Assembly: GCA_964599625.1 (NCBI GenBank) | Contig: CAZRGC010000002.1 | Location: forward strand, 71,883 to 135,882 | Origin: an uncultured Gammaproteobacteria bacterium | GTDB taxonomy: Bacteria > Patescibacteriota > Microgenomatia > UBA8517 | Direction of reading: 5' to 3' | Length of the DNA: 64,000 nucleotides | In this document: positions 1 through 9,738 of the stretch, in pieces | Layout: every line of letters begins with the position of its first letter | Position numbering within the stretch: the first letter of the stretch is position 1 | The notes under the pieces: generated by a model | Database searches by the model: none | Told to the model about the DNA's origin: nothing | Seen by the model: the letters and a program-made list of their open reading frames with translations, nothing else | Program-made: the position numbers and the translations under genes

Positions 1-8
1 GGTCACTT

Positions 9-1091
9 TTGGCACAAAGGGTGTCTCAAAAGATAGGAGACATATTTATTTTGATAAAAGGCGAAAACGAATTTGTCACAAAAAAAATAGCAGAATGCTC
101 AACGGGACTAAGTTTTGAATCGGGGAGGCAGTGCTGGGAGAGAGCAATTGGTGACGTTGATAAGATTTTTGGAACAAACACAGCTTTTGATTTCCTACAA
201 AAAGCATCTTCTTTGGACCCCCAGATTCAGGGCACCTGTCATTATTATTCTGAATACATTGGGTTTTTGGCTTACGAAAGATTTTTCAGGGGCCAAAAAC
301 CTGAAATATATAAATCTGCCGATATCTGCGGATATGGTTTTTATCATGCTTTTTTGCAGGAACTTGTTAGTCATACCAAAGACATAAGCCAGGCATATGA
401 GTATTGCGAAGGTCTGGATTATGGGGGAAGTGGTAGTTTTGGAAAAGAGAATTGCATACAAGGTATGGGTATAGGACTAGTTTTTATGAATGCAGGAGTT
501 TATTACGGAATGGATGACATTATTGTAAATCTATCCGCAAGCGAATGTGGAAAATTTTTCTCAAAAGATTCGGAGATTGCAGACATTTGCATTAATGGTG
601 TTTTTTCCGGTTTGGCACATTTGTATTTTGGGGATCACGGTATTTACCTGGACCTTAAAAAGGAAGACCCTTTTTGGGTTTGCAGAAATTTTGACATAAG
701 CTTGCAGCGGGAGTGTTACCCTGCACTGTCAGAAGTTGTTTATTATTCCGGTGGTGAAGATATAAATAAAACTGTAAACCATATTTCTGCTATCAAAGAT
801 GATATTGCAAGGCGCTTAACTGCAGAAAAGTTAGGCATAGCTATTTATAGTTCCGGGTACTTTAAAGGCAGACAACACTCACCTTTATTTGTATGTAAAT
901 TTCCTGATACAGAAGTTTCTGAATCTTGTTTCGATGGCTATATAAAGCGTTATATAGCAGTGGAGGTAAGAGCTTTAGAGGGTAAACTTAAAGAGGAAGT
1001 TTGTGAGATTCCCGACTTGCCTGATTATCGAAAAAAAACTTGCAATAAGTATTTAAAAATTTTTATAAACAACAATGAAAACGGATATTAA
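9..1091 (+). CDS. Secreted Cys/His-rich repeat protein, family A. Probably 5'-truncated by the window edge, since no signal/TM is present and the frame is open upstream.
   Basis: Carries the motifs CHYYSEYIGF, CGYGFYHAF, CINGVFSGL...GDHG and DPFWVCRNF. These are shared with the C-terminal domains of the ORFs at 1075, 3812, 6542, 9739, 10806 and 16098. Confidence 0.6.
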   Translation: MAQRVSQKIGDIFILIKGENEFVTKKIAECSTGLSFESGRQCWERAIGDVDKIFGTNTAFDFLQKASSLDPQIQGTCHYYSEYIGFLAYERFFRGQKPEIYKSADICGYGFYHAFLQELVSHTKDISQAYEYCEGLDYGGSGSFGKENCIQGMGIGLVFMNAGVYYGMDDIIVNLSASECGKFFSKDSEIADICINGVFSGLAHLYFGDHGIYLDLKKEDPFWVCRNFDISLQRECYPALSEVVYYSGGEDINKTVNHISAIKDDIARRLTAEKLGIAIYSSGYFKGRQHSPLFVCKFPDTEVSESCFDGYIKRYIAVEVRALEGKLKEEVCEIPDLPDYRKKTCNKYLKIFINNNENGY

Positions 1092-2583
1092 AATAATTTT
1101 ATTTAGATTAGTTTTTGTGGCTTATCTTGTCTTTTGCGTATTTCTTGCCGTTAAACTTTTACCAAAAGTATCAAAAGTTGCTTCCGGCGAAGTCGTCGTT
1201 ACTTTTGATCTTAACAAGGGTTTTTCGCCGTCTGAGGTTGTTATCTCCAGAGGTACCACTGTTCGTTTTAGAAACATGAGTGGGGTCAACTTCTGGCCAG
1301 CCAGTGATTTTTATCCTCAAAATTCAAATTATCCGGACTTTGATCCTAAAAGGATAATTGAATCCGGTGGTGAGTGGAGTTTCCGTTTTGATAATACGGG
1401 GAGTTGGGGTTATCACGACCATATTAAGCCTATATTCAAAGGTGTTGTTGTTGTGACCGATGAAAAAAAGTTTCATATACAAAACAAGAGTACTTGTGGC
1501 GACTTATCAAAGTTGTCCTATGTTCAAAGGCAGCTTTGTTGGTATAACCAAATTAAAGAAGCCGTAAAAACAGGTGGTGTTGAAAAAGCGCTTGTGCTTT
1601 TTGAGTCGCTGTATAACAGTGAACCTTTGTTTTCTCAAGGCTGCCACGATGCAATGCATTTAATAGGAGATGAGGCGTATAGGGAGTACCGCAAGGGTGT
1701 TAAGTTTGACTTTAGTGAGGAAACCTCATTTTGTGGATACGGATTTTATCATGGGTTTATTGAAGCCATGCTTTATACAACAGCTGACTACAAAGAAGTC
1801 ACTGATTTTTGTGAGGAAGCGAATACTAATATCAAAAATATAGAATCGCCAAACGCAATTTATTCCTGTTATCACGGTATTGGACACTCAACATTCGATG
1901 CTCATGATCCGTCGTTGTGGGGGGATGAAAACAAAATGGTTGGCCCTGCGATAACAACTTGTGAACGAGTTACAAAAAACTATTCACAAGAAAAGACAAA
2001 ACAGTGTGTTACGGGAGTTTTCAACGCGTTGGGGATTGCATACGCAAACAACCTGTATAAGTTTAAACTAAAGGAATCAGATCCTGTTTGGTATTGTAGA
2101 AATCTGAACGATACTTATAAAAAGGCTTGCTTTATAGAAGTCTCTATGGCTTGGATAAATTCTCAAATGGGCGACTACGATTTCAAATTCAATGATGGAG
2201 CAAAGTTCATCCAGAATTTGAACGACGCGGTGGGTGAAGAAGCTGCCATTTTTGCATTGTCTTCGGAGTTTTCGAGACTTCATTTAAATGACTTTTCCGA
2301 CAAATCCCTTCTTGATAACTGCAGGAGTGTTCGGAAGGACTTATTTGATCAGTGCCTGGTGGGGGTACAGCTGGCACTTTTGAATTGGGGAAAACCTGGC
2401 GAAGAGTACGTGAGGGCACTTTCCTTTTGTGATAACGGAGTGTTTTCGGTTAATGAGAAACGAAGTTGCTATGGATATATTTTTAAGCACCTTCCCAATA
2501 TGTATTCCAAAGAAAAAAGAATTAGTATATGCGAAGGCCTGCTTGACCAGGTCATCAAATCACAATGCATAAACTCACAATAA
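1075..2583 (+). CDS. Cupredoxin-like N-terminal domain fused to a family-A Cys/His-rich repeat domain; N-terminal TM/signal anchor.
   Basis: Hydrophobic N-terminus (LVFVAYLVFCVFLAV). The beta-rich domain at aa ~35-125 has WPASD...YHDH...GVVVV. Downstream motifs: CHDAMHLIGD, CGYGFYHGF, CYHGIGHS, CVTGVFNALG, DPVWYCRNL. It overlaps the previous ORF by 17 nt. Confidence 0.65.
   Translation: MKTDIKIILFRLVFVAYLVFCVFLAVKLLPKVSKVASGEVVVTFDLNKGFSPSEVVISRGTTVRFRNMSGVNFWPASDFYPQNSNYPDFDPKRIIESGGEWSFRFDNTGSWGYHDHIKPIFKGVVVVTDEKKFHIQNKSTCGDLSKLSYVQRQLCWYNQIKEAVKTGGVEKALVLFESLYNSEPLFSQGCHDAMHLIGDEAYREYRKGVKFDFSEETSFCGYGFYHGFIEAMLYTTADYKEVTDFCEEANTNIKNIESPNAIYSCYHGIGHSTFDAHDPSLWGDENKMVGPAITTCERVTKNYSQEKTKQCVTGVFNALGIAYANNLYKFKLKESDPVWYCRNLNDTYKKACFIEVSMAWINSQMGDYDFKFNDGAKFIQNLNDAVGEEAAIFALSSEFSRLHLNDFSDKSLLDNCRSVRKDLFDQCLVGVQLALLNWGKPGEEYVRALSFCDNGVFSVNEKRSCYGYIFKHLPNMYSKEKRISICEGLLDQVIKSQCINSQ
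1177..1450 (+). other. Cupredoxin-like (plastocyanin/EfeO-N-like) domain lacking the canonical Cys ligand.
   Basis: The pattern TVRFRN...FWPASD...FD...GEWSFRFDNTGSWGYHDHIKPIFKGVVVV parallels plastocyanin's GxYxFxCxPHxxxGMxGxIxV. It has His-Asp-His where the Cys-x-x-His normally sits. Confidence 0.4.
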
Positions 2584-3818
2584 TTTTTTCAAAAACTAAT
2601 CTTTTGTGGCTGATCACAACTCTTTTAGTTGTTTTTTTTGTTTTCCTAAAAGTGGGTCCGATTGTTAACTTTGGGAATGGAATGCTTGAAATGTTTGCAG
2701 GAAAGGTAATAAAAAAATGCGCAAACGAGACATACCGTCCAGCATGTTATGACAATGAGATTCCCAAATTTGTTGACAGAAATATTCTTTCAATGGAACA
2801 GGCTTTTGCTATGAATTCAATAATCCAAAAATCCGACAAAGAATATTTGTATTGTCACATATTGGGACACAACTTGGCCGATTCAGAAACAAGAAAAAAC
2901 CCGGATAAGTGGCTTGAGGTTATTACGCGGTGTCCCACACTGGCATGCAACAACGGATGTGAACATGGAGCAATAATGAGGAGGTTCAAGGGCTCCGAAG
3001 TCCTTTCGGCTTCTCAAATAGAAGAAATTATTCCGGAGCTGAAACGGGCTTGTGAACCAAGAGGGAAGTGGGACCCTACCGAGCTGGAAAGATCAATGTG
3101 CTATCACTCCATTGGACACTTGGGCCTGTATATTACAGGAGCTGATATTGAAAAATCTTTGGAAATATGTAGTAAAGTGGGCATTAAAGAAGATGGAAGA
3201 AGCTATTATCAAACGTGTGTTTCGGGAGTTTTTATGCTTATATTTCAAAGTCTGGACAAAGACGATGAAGCTTTGGTTGTGAATGTCAAACCCCCGAAAG
3301 AAAAAGTGAACGAATTTTGTTCAAAATATAGCGGAGTGGAAAACACAGCCTGCAGGACGGAATCCTGGCCGTATTTTTTTGATGAATTTACTGAGCCTGG
3401 TGGGCTAACCAAATTTTGCAGTTTCACTCAGGATAGTTATTACAGAAACTGGTGTTTTGATACAGGGTTGCGGGGTAACCTCACTTTGAGATTGTTGCAA
3501 AAGGATGGCATTTCCGGAGTTGCAAAATACTGTTTGGGTCTGCCCGGTGATATAAAAGCAAGATGTTTTGCATCAGTTGCCAACAGCTGGGTCCAAGATG
3601 AACCCAACTACATAGCCGATTCGATTGCTTTGTGTGTTGAAGCTGACAAGTATGGCTACGCAGACGAGTGCTATAAGGGTCTTTTGTATTTTTCCAAGTT
3701 TAGTTTTAATTATGGTTCTGATCTGTGGAGGTCGTATTGTACAAACTTTCCCGAAAACCACAAACAAAAAAACTATAGACAAATGTGTTTGAAAGGAGAA
3801 ACTCCTGAGGGATGGTAA
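2565..3818 (+). CDS. Secreted Cys-rich repeat protein, family B.
   Basis: N-terminal TM (LLWLITTLLVVFFVFL). Repeated C-x(9-12)-C modules: YLYCHILGHN, CNNGCEHGAIMRRFKG, CYHSIGHLGLYI, YYQTCVSGVFM, FCSKYSGVENTAC, FCSFTQDSYYRNWC. Close paralog of the ORF at 5305. Confidence 0.6.
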   Translation: MHKLTIIFSKTNLLWLITTLLVVFFVFLKVGPIVNFGNGMLEMFAGKVIKKCANETYRPACYDNEIPKFVDRNILSMEQAFAMNSIIQKSDKEYLYCHILGHNLADSETRKNPDKWLEVITRCPTLACNNGCEHGAIMRRFKGSEVLSASQIEEIIPELKRACEPRGKWDPTELERSMCYHSIGHLGLYITGADIEKSLEICSKVGIKEDGRSYYQTCVSGVFMLIFQSLDKDDEALVVNVKPPKEKVNEFCSKYSGVENTACRTESWPYFFDEFTEPGGLTKFCSFTQDSYYRNWCFDTGLRGNLTLRLLQKDGISGVAKYCLGLPGDIKARCFASVANSWVQDEPNYIADSIALCVEADKYGYADECYKGLLYFSKFSFNYGSDLWRSYCTNFPENHKQKNYRQMCLKGETPEGW

Positions 3819-5290
3819 AAAAAATCTTTTTTCGTTTCATTTTGATGATCTTTTTGTTTGCAGCGACCTGCCTGGTTGTTAGAGAGTCCGTATTTAAAAA
3901 TACAATTTTTTATACTGATAAAGGTTTTGCCCCGGCCGGAATACGAGTAGTAAGAGGCGATACCGTTACATTTATCAATCTGACAAACAGACAATTTTGG
4001 CCCGCGAGCGACCCTCATCCTCAGCATTCAATAGAACCAACATTTGACGCTCAAAACGGAATTGGTCTTTTGGGGAAATATAAAATATTTTTTAAAAACG
4101 ACGGAACGTATAGATACCACGATCATCTAAACCCTAAATTTAGGGGTGTAATAAAAGTTATTGATAAAGCTGTGGGTGCCGATGTATCACGCTGTACAGA
4201 GTTTACAGACAAGTACGAAAAGAAGCTTTGTTTCCTGGAATATTTAGAAGACATGCAGCTGGCAAAAGGTGATGTGAAAGCTTTATCAATGCTGGAGACA
4301 ATCGTATCGCAAAATTCTGATCTAAAGAGCGAGTGTCACTCAATGGCGCATAACATTGGTGAAATAGGTTATTGGTCATATTCGACGAATGCAAAAGTTA
4401 TAAATTCACAAAAAGTATCGGTCTGCGGGTTTGGCTATGTCCACGGTTTTATGCAGGAGTTTGCTCATCATTCTCCAGATTTCTACTCTAAAAGCAAATC
4501 CTTTTGTGACTATTTTTCAAAAGAAGTTAAATATGATTCAGACGATTGGCAAATTACTCCGGAAGATACCTGCTACAACGGAATAGGGCATGGAATTGTC
4601 TACCTCAACTTTGAGGATTATCGAAACGATCTTGTATCATTGGCCAGGACGTCTGGTGCAAAGTGTTCCGAAATAAATTCTGCACCCGCACCGCTTGATC
4701 ATTGTTTGCAGGGTGTTTTTAGCGGAATTTCGGGTTTGTATTTGGGAACTCACGGATTTTTCTTGCCACTTCCGGACACTGAGCCTCTTTCTTTGTGTAC
4801 CAAGTTTGACAAAGAGTATAAGTTAAGGTGTCTTGCCAACATGATTCCGGTGGTTGGGGTTATATATAATCACAACCTAGAGAACCTTCTGATGACTATC
4901 AAAAATATGTCAAAAGAGGATTTGGAACATTCTTACAGACTGGCGGGAGATATTGCAGCAAATTGGTACAGTGGAGGGGAAATTGATTCGGATAGTGTTG
5001 CAAAAGCATGCAGAAAACTAAGTAATCCCTTCAGCAAATATTGTATCAGTGGTTTTGTTGCCGCTCTTCCTAATATTTACGGGTACGAGGCAGATCCTGA
5101 ATTTGCCATGAATATTTGTAAAAAGGCATTAGTGGCGGCGGCCGGCTGCCAGACTGAATTTTTGCTTGAGTATGAAAAAATAAATCCAGACAAAATGGAG
5201 AGTGTATTGAGAGTATTGGAAGCAAAAGACTTCCATTTATTGTGTAGAAACCCCATAATCGGTAAATACTGTACATATTCAAATAATTGA
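3812..5290 (+). CDS. Cupredoxin-like N-terminal domain fused to a family-A Cys/His-rich repeat domain.
   Basis: TM (FRFILMIFLFAATCLVV). Cupredoxin-like motif FWPASDPHPQHS...YRYHDHLNPKFRGVIKV at roughly nt 3900-4170. Then CHSMAHNIGE, CGFGYVHGF, CYNGIGHG, CLQGVFSGISGLYLGTHG. The ATG overlaps the upstream stop. Confidence 0.65.
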   Translation: MVKKIFFRFILMIFLFAATCLVVRESVFKNTIFYTDKGFAPAGIRVVRGDTVTFINLTNRQFWPASDPHPQHSIEPTFDAQNGIGLLGKYKIFFKNDGTYRYHDHLNPKFRGVIKVIDKAVGADVSRCTEFTDKYEKKLCFLEYLEDMQLAKGDVKALSMLETIVSQNSDLKSECHSMAHNIGEIGYWSYSTNAKVINSQKVSVCGFGYVHGFMQEFAHHSPDFYSKSKSFCDYFSKEVKYDSDDWQITPEDTCYNGIGHGIVYLNFEDYRNDLVSLARTSGAKCSEINSAPAPLDHCLQGVFSGISGLYLGTHGFFLPLPDTEPLSLCTKFDKEYKLRCLANMIPVVGVIYNHNLENLLMTIKNMSKEDLEHSYRLAGDIAANWYSGGEIDSDSVAKACRKLSNPFSKYCISGFVAALPNIYGYEADPEFAMNICKKALVAAAGCQTEFLLEYEKINPDKMESVLRVLEAKDFHLLCRNPIIGKYCTYSNN

Positions 5291-5304
5291 ATTTATATGA
5301 CTAT

Positions 5305-6528
5305 ATGAAAAATAAACCAGTGACTCTTTTTGCAATTTTGTTGACTATTTCCGGTTTATTTATTTTTTTTATACCTGTTTTTAATAATTTATCCAGCGAA
5401 TATAAAACAAGTTATTTTTCGAAAAAAATTATAGAGAAGTGCTCGAACGACAATTTTAGAAGGGTCTGCTATGACAGAGAGATTCCCAAACTTCTTAAAA
5501 AAGGCTTTGTAACAATGGAGGAAGCTTTTTTGATAACTAACGATATTCAAAAAAAGGACACCTCGTATTTGTATTGTCATACTTTGGGACATGAGTTGGC
5601 GGACATCGAAACTGCAAAAAATACAGATAAATGGCTGGACGTTATGGCGCGTTGTCCGAATTCTGCCTGCAATGGCGGGTGCGAACATGGGGCTGTTGTG
5701 CGAAAGTTCAAGGGCAGCGAGACACTGACAGATGCACAAATAGAGGCGATAATTCCAGAGATATCAACCGCCTGTGAACCCAGGGGTAGTTGGAGGCCTT
5801 CAGGGCTTGAGATATCACTTTGCTACCATTCGATGGGGCATTTGGGCATGTATATTACGAATGCTGATATTGAAAGGTCTTTAGACTTTTGCAAAGATGT
5901 TTCTAAAAAACCTGACGGACGTGATTATTACCAGACTTGTGTGCAGGGTGTGTTTATGATTATTTTCCAAGCAAGGGACAGTGACGATTTGGCCTTGGTT
6001 TCCAGAATTGCACCTAAAAAAGTTGAAATAGAATCTTTTTGTTCAAAATATAGCGGCATCGACATGGTGGCTTGCAGAATAGAGTCCTGGCCGCTTTTCT
6101 CCGAAGAACTCAGATCGGCAGAAGGTTTAACAAAGTTTTGCAGTTTTACAAATGATTCAAATTTTAGGAAATGGTGTTTTGATGACTCAGGAATGAGGGG
6201 TGGTCTTTCAATTGAAATATTACAGTCGAAAGGAATTTCTGGTGTTGCGGATTATTGTGTTTCGTTCCCTTCTGATATAAGAGAAAGGTGTTTTAGTTCG
6301 GTTGCCACTGCTTGGATACAGGATGAACCATCCTTTTTAAGTAAATCTATAGAGTTATGCCAAGAGGGCAGTAAGTACGGTTACTCAAACAAATGCTTTG
6401 ACGCACTTGCTTCTTATTCAGTTTTCAGATTGAATAAAGGTTCGGAAGAATGGTCCGATTATTGCACGGCGCTCCCGAGTTTTTATAAGGAAAAATGCCT
6501 TAAAGGTGAAGTGTCGGATTCTTGGTAA
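5305..6528 (+). CDS. Secreted Cys-rich repeat protein, family B.
   Basis: ATG at 5305. The ORF track opens at a TTG at 5287 that overlaps the upstream stop. TM (VTLFAILLTISGLFIFFIPVF). Motifs colinear with 2565..3818: CYDREIPK, YLYCHTLGHELAD, CNGGCEHGAVVRKFKG, CYHSMGHLGMYI, YYQTCVQGVFM. Confidence 0.6.
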   Translation: MKNKPVTLFAILLTISGLFIFFIPVFNNLSSEYKTSYFSKKIIEKCSNDNFRRVCYDREIPKLLKKGFVTMEEAFLITNDIQKKDTSYLYCHTLGHELADIETAKNTDKWLDVMARCPNSACNGGCEHGAVVRKFKGSETLTDAQIEAIIPEISTACEPRGSWRPSGLEISLCYHSMGHLGMYITNADIERSLDFCKDVSKKPDGRDYYQTCVQGVFMIIFQARDSDDLALVSRIAPKKVEIESFCSKYSGIDMVACRIESWPLFSEELRSAEGLTKFCSFTNDSNFRKWCFDDSGMRGGLSIEILQSKGISGVADYCVSFPSDIRERCFSSVATAWIQDEPSFLSKSIELCQEGSKYGYSNKCFDALASYSVFRLNKGSEEWSDYCTALPSFYKEKCLKGEVSDSW

Positions 6529-6541
6529 CAACTACAACAAC

Positions 6542-7711
6542 ATGGTTAAAGCAGAAAATATTAGATTTGCCTTATTGATATTAATTCAGACATTTGCCAT
6601 GGTGCTAATTTCAATGGTTGTTCTGATTCTAACCTACGATAAGTTCAAAAGCGGGTCCAAATGCAGGACACTTTCGGATAACAAAGCAAAAATTGAATGT
6701 TGGAAACAAATTATCGATACCAATTTAGCCAAAGGCGATTTGGATGGAAGTATGAATCAAGTGGCCGAGTTTTATCAAATTGACGCTGTCTTTGCAGCCA
6801 ACTGCCACGATTTTACACACACGGTTGGGAAGAAAGCATACGAGCTGTTTTCCAAGGGGGTCAAATTCAAAGTGGGCGATAAAACCGCGTATTGTGCATA
6901 CGGCTTTTACCATGGTTTTATGGAAAGTTTGGTTTCTCAAAACGGAGATATAGAGACGGCACGCGACTTTTGTAAATTTGTGGATTCGGAGGTGGCAAAA
7001 ACCTCCCCTGGGGCCAAATTGGCATGCTATCACGGTATTGGCCATGGTTGGACAAATGTTCACGACGAGTCGCTTTGGGGAGATGAGCAGAAACTTATTC
7101 AGCCGGCTCTCACACTCTGTGAAAAAGTGACAAAGGACCCGGAAGAATTAAAGATCTGTGCAACAGGCGTTTTTGATTCAATTTCAATCGGGTATTACAA
7201 CTACCTTTACGAGTTGAAAATAAACAAAAAAGACCCATATTGGATCTGCAAGATCCAAAAAGAAAATTATAAAACACCATGCTACATGGATATTTCTCCG
7301 GCTGTTTTATGGCTTGGTGAATATCGCCTAGATAAAGCACTGAAATTTCTGCCCACCGTCGAAGAAAAGTTTAGAGATATTGTTGCTGTAACCCTTTCGG
7401 AAGATGCAGTCAGATTTATTTTGAAGGACGGATTGAAAATCGAAACCCAAATTGATATTTGTAGGGAATACAAAAATCCAGTATTAGATCTTTGCATTCA
7501 GGGCATAGCCTCTGGCTATTTGCAATTTGGACCGCCCCAGGAAGAGGAAAGGCTTGCTCTTAACTTTTGCTCGAATTCGTATTTAAACGACGAAGAGAAA
7601 AAAGTATGCTTTAAGCGTTTGGCGCAAAGCACCAAACAACTACTCTCGAATGATAGATATAAAGAGTCGTGTTCTAAAATTCCAGAAAATTATCGCGGAT
7701 ATTGTAACTAG
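6542..7711 (+). CDS. Secreted Cys/His-rich repeat protein, family A, without a cupredoxin domain.
   Basis: ATG at 6542 just after the upstream stop gives the signal anchor MVKAENIRFALLILIQTFAMVLISMVV. Motifs CHDFTHTVGK, CAYGFYHGF, CYHGIGHGWTNVHDESLWGDE, CATGVFDSI, DPYWICKIQ. Confidence 0.6.
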   Translation: MVKAENIRFALLILIQTFAMVLISMVVLILTYDKFKSGSKCRTLSDNKAKIECWKQIIDTNLAKGDLDGSMNQVAEFYQIDAVFAANCHDFTHTVGKKAYELFSKGVKFKVGDKTAYCAYGFYHGFMESLVSQNGDIETARDFCKFVDSEVAKTSPGAKLACYHGIGHGWTNVHDESLWGDEQKLIQPALTLCEKVTKDPEELKICATGVFDSISIGYYNYLYELKINKKDPYWICKIQKENYKTPCYMDISPAVLWLGEYRLDKALKFLPTVEEKFRDIVAVTLSEDAVRFILKDGLKIETQIDICREYKNPVLDLCIQGIASGYLQFGPPQEEERLALNFCSNSYLNDEEKKVCFKRLAQSTKQLLSNDRYKESCSKIPENYRGYCN

Positions 7712-8744
7712 CAAGAACTTTGCCGAAAAGTCCTTGGTAGTTATTGGTTTTGTGCTTCTTATTCTTTTATTGAAGTTTACTTCACCTTGGGTGAAAGATG
7801 ACTGTAGGAAAAATAATTATTTGTATGGCTATAAATTTTATTTGTCGTACGATATCGGGGAATCGCCAATATTCAGGGAAATAAATGATAATGACAAATG
7901 TTACTATGAGTTTTTCCGGGGAATATTTGAGGCTTCAAATATTCCCTTTGCAAATTACAAAAAGCTGGAAGGCGTTTGTGATTACATTAACTCAAAATAC
8001 CCGGTTAAAAGTTGGAATCAATGCTATTTTAAACTTGGAATAGCTTCAACTTATACTAAGCGTGACAAGATAAACGACGCTAAATCACTGCAGAAGTTTA
8101 CCGATAAGAGAATAAAATTTTGCGAAGGTGCGGGTGTTTACAAAGGCGATTGTATCGTTGGTGTTTACACCGGAATAAATATTGCTTTTGAAAATAGAGA
8201 CAACGACTCAGTTTTTCAGATTAAAGATGGTGACCCATTCTGGCTTTGCAAAGTTGGAAAAGGGTTGGAATATAAGCTTCAATGTTACCGTAATCTGGTT
8301 TCTGTTCTTTATAAGTTTTATCCTGATGATTTTCCAAAAGCTCTGGAAGTCTTGAAAAATGACTTAAGTGATAGTTTCGAGCGCTTTGAGCTTTTTCTTA
8401 CTTATTTTTCTAGCTTGGCATATCGGGAAGAATATAGTTATCAAAAAGTTTCAGAACTTTGTAACAGTTTTAAAGATGCGTTTACGAGACATTCGTGCAT
8501 TCAGGGTTATGCAACCGGTATTGACGAGGTGGCGGCTAATGGCACAGAGGGCAAGGAAGTTATTAAATTTTGTATGAATCCAATTTTTAGCACATTTGAG
8601 AGGGGTGAGTGTATAAGACGCGGCTTTTTTGAGCTCCCAACAACTTGGGATTTGAATGAGAAAAAATCTGAATGTCTTAGGTTGTCGCCGATTAATTATC
8701 GTAAATACTGCAACGTGAGTATGGATATGCCTGTGCCATTATGA
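7650..8744 (+). CDS. Secreted Cys-rich repeat protein, family C (His-poor variant); start uncertain.
   Basis: TM (VVIGFVLLILLL). Modules CYYEFFRGIF, CYFKLGIAST, CIVGVYTGINIAF, DPFWLCKVGK, CYRNLVSVLY, CIQGYATGI. The called ATG overlaps the previous gene by 62 nt. A TTG at 7733 is an alternative start. Confidence 0.5.
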   Translation: MIDIKSRVLKFQKIIADIVTSKNFAEKSLVVIGFVLLILLLKFTSPWVKDDCRKNNYLYGYKFYLSYDIGESPIFREINDNDKCYYEFFRGIFEASNIPFANYKKLEGVCDYINSKYPVKSWNQCYFKLGIASTYTKRDKINDAKSLQKFTDKRIKFCEGAGVYKGDCIVGVYTGINIAFENRDNDSVFQIKDGDPFWLCKVGKGLEYKLQCYRNLVSVLYKFYPDDFPKALEVLKNDLSDSFERFELFLTYFSSLAYREEYSYQKVSELCNSFKDAFTRHSCIQGYATGIDEVAANGTEGKEVIKFCMNPIFSTFERGECIRRGFFELPTTWDLNEKKSECLRLSPINYRKYCNVSMDMPVPL

Positions 8745-9721
8745 TTAGAAAGATAGTACTTATTGCTATACTGTTTCTGGTTTTTGTTGCAAATTTTGAT
8801 CCAACAACTTCTGATGACGGGAGGTTTTGCAAAGAGATCAATTACTTATCGGGAATAAGGTTTGGATTGTTGAACCACTTAAATATTTATTTTGGAGAAC
8901 CTGATGTTATTGCAGCTGATTCTTGCAACCTGGTTTTTTATTCTGGTCTTGCGAAATCTTTTGAACTAACCGGCAGTTACGAAAGCCTGAATTCGTCATG
9001 TCTTTTGATAAACAAGTCGTTTGCACCAAGACTCTGGGATCAGTGTTATTTTAAAGTTGGCGATGGGCTTGCGTACTCAAAAATTGCAGACAACCCAGGG
9101 AATGAAATCGTAATCAGAGAAGTTGACAGAGAATTGGAGTTTTGTAATGGAACAGCAAATCGTCTGAGTTGTATAGCCGGGGTCTTTACAGGGCTAAACA
9201 AAGCTTACACAAGCGACTTAAAAGCCGACAACAAGCACGAACCTTTTGGGGTATGTAACGCCATAAAACAGAACGAACACAAGCTTCAATGTATGAGAAA
9301 CATGGCCTCCTATCTTTATAATTTTGCAGGCGGCGATTTGGATTTGGCCATAAAGGTAATCGCGGATAATTCAGACAGCGACCTCGAAAAATACGAGGCT
9401 ACCCACACTTTGTTTTCTAGTTTGGCATTCATCAACGAGATAAAAGAAACTGATATCCCGAGAGTGTGTGTGGCATACAAAGACAGTGAAGTTAGATTTG
9501 CGTGTATATCCGGGTATGCAAACGGAATAACCGAGACTGCGGAAAGCGGAACGGAGACACCAAGAGTTATAACTTTTTGTATAAACCCGACTTTTAAGAA
9601 ACAAGAACAAGCTGAATGTCTTAGGAGGGCTTTTTCGGAAATACCCGTAGTCGATAAAAAGATGAACTGTCGGGAAAACGCCCCCGAAGAATTTGAACAT
9701 ATTTGCGGGAAAGTTGACTAG
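8741..9721 (+). CDS. Secreted Cys-rich repeat protein, family C.
   Basis: ATGA start/stop overlap with the upstream gene. Signal peptide MIRKIVLIAILFLVFVANF. Modules colinear with 7650..8744: CNLVFYSGLAKSF, CYFKVGDGLAYS, CIAGVFTGLNKAY, CMRNMASYLY, CISGYANGI. Confidence 0.55.
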   Translation: MIRKIVLIAILFLVFVANFDPTTSDDGRFCKEINYLSGIRFGLLNHLNIYFGEPDVIAADSCNLVFYSGLAKSFELTGSYESLNSSCLLINKSFAPRLWDQCYFKVGDGLAYSKIADNPGNEIVIREVDRELEFCNGTANRLSCIAGVFTGLNKAYTSDLKADNKHEPFGVCNAIKQNEHKLQCMRNMASYLYNFAGGDLDLAIKVIADNSDSDLEKYEATHTLFSSLAFINEIKETDIPRVCVAYKDSEVRFACISGYANGITETAESGTETPRVITFCINPTFKKQEQAECLRRAFSEIPVVDKKMNCRENAPEEFEHICGKVD

Positions 9722-9738
9722 GAAGTAAGAAAGTAAAT

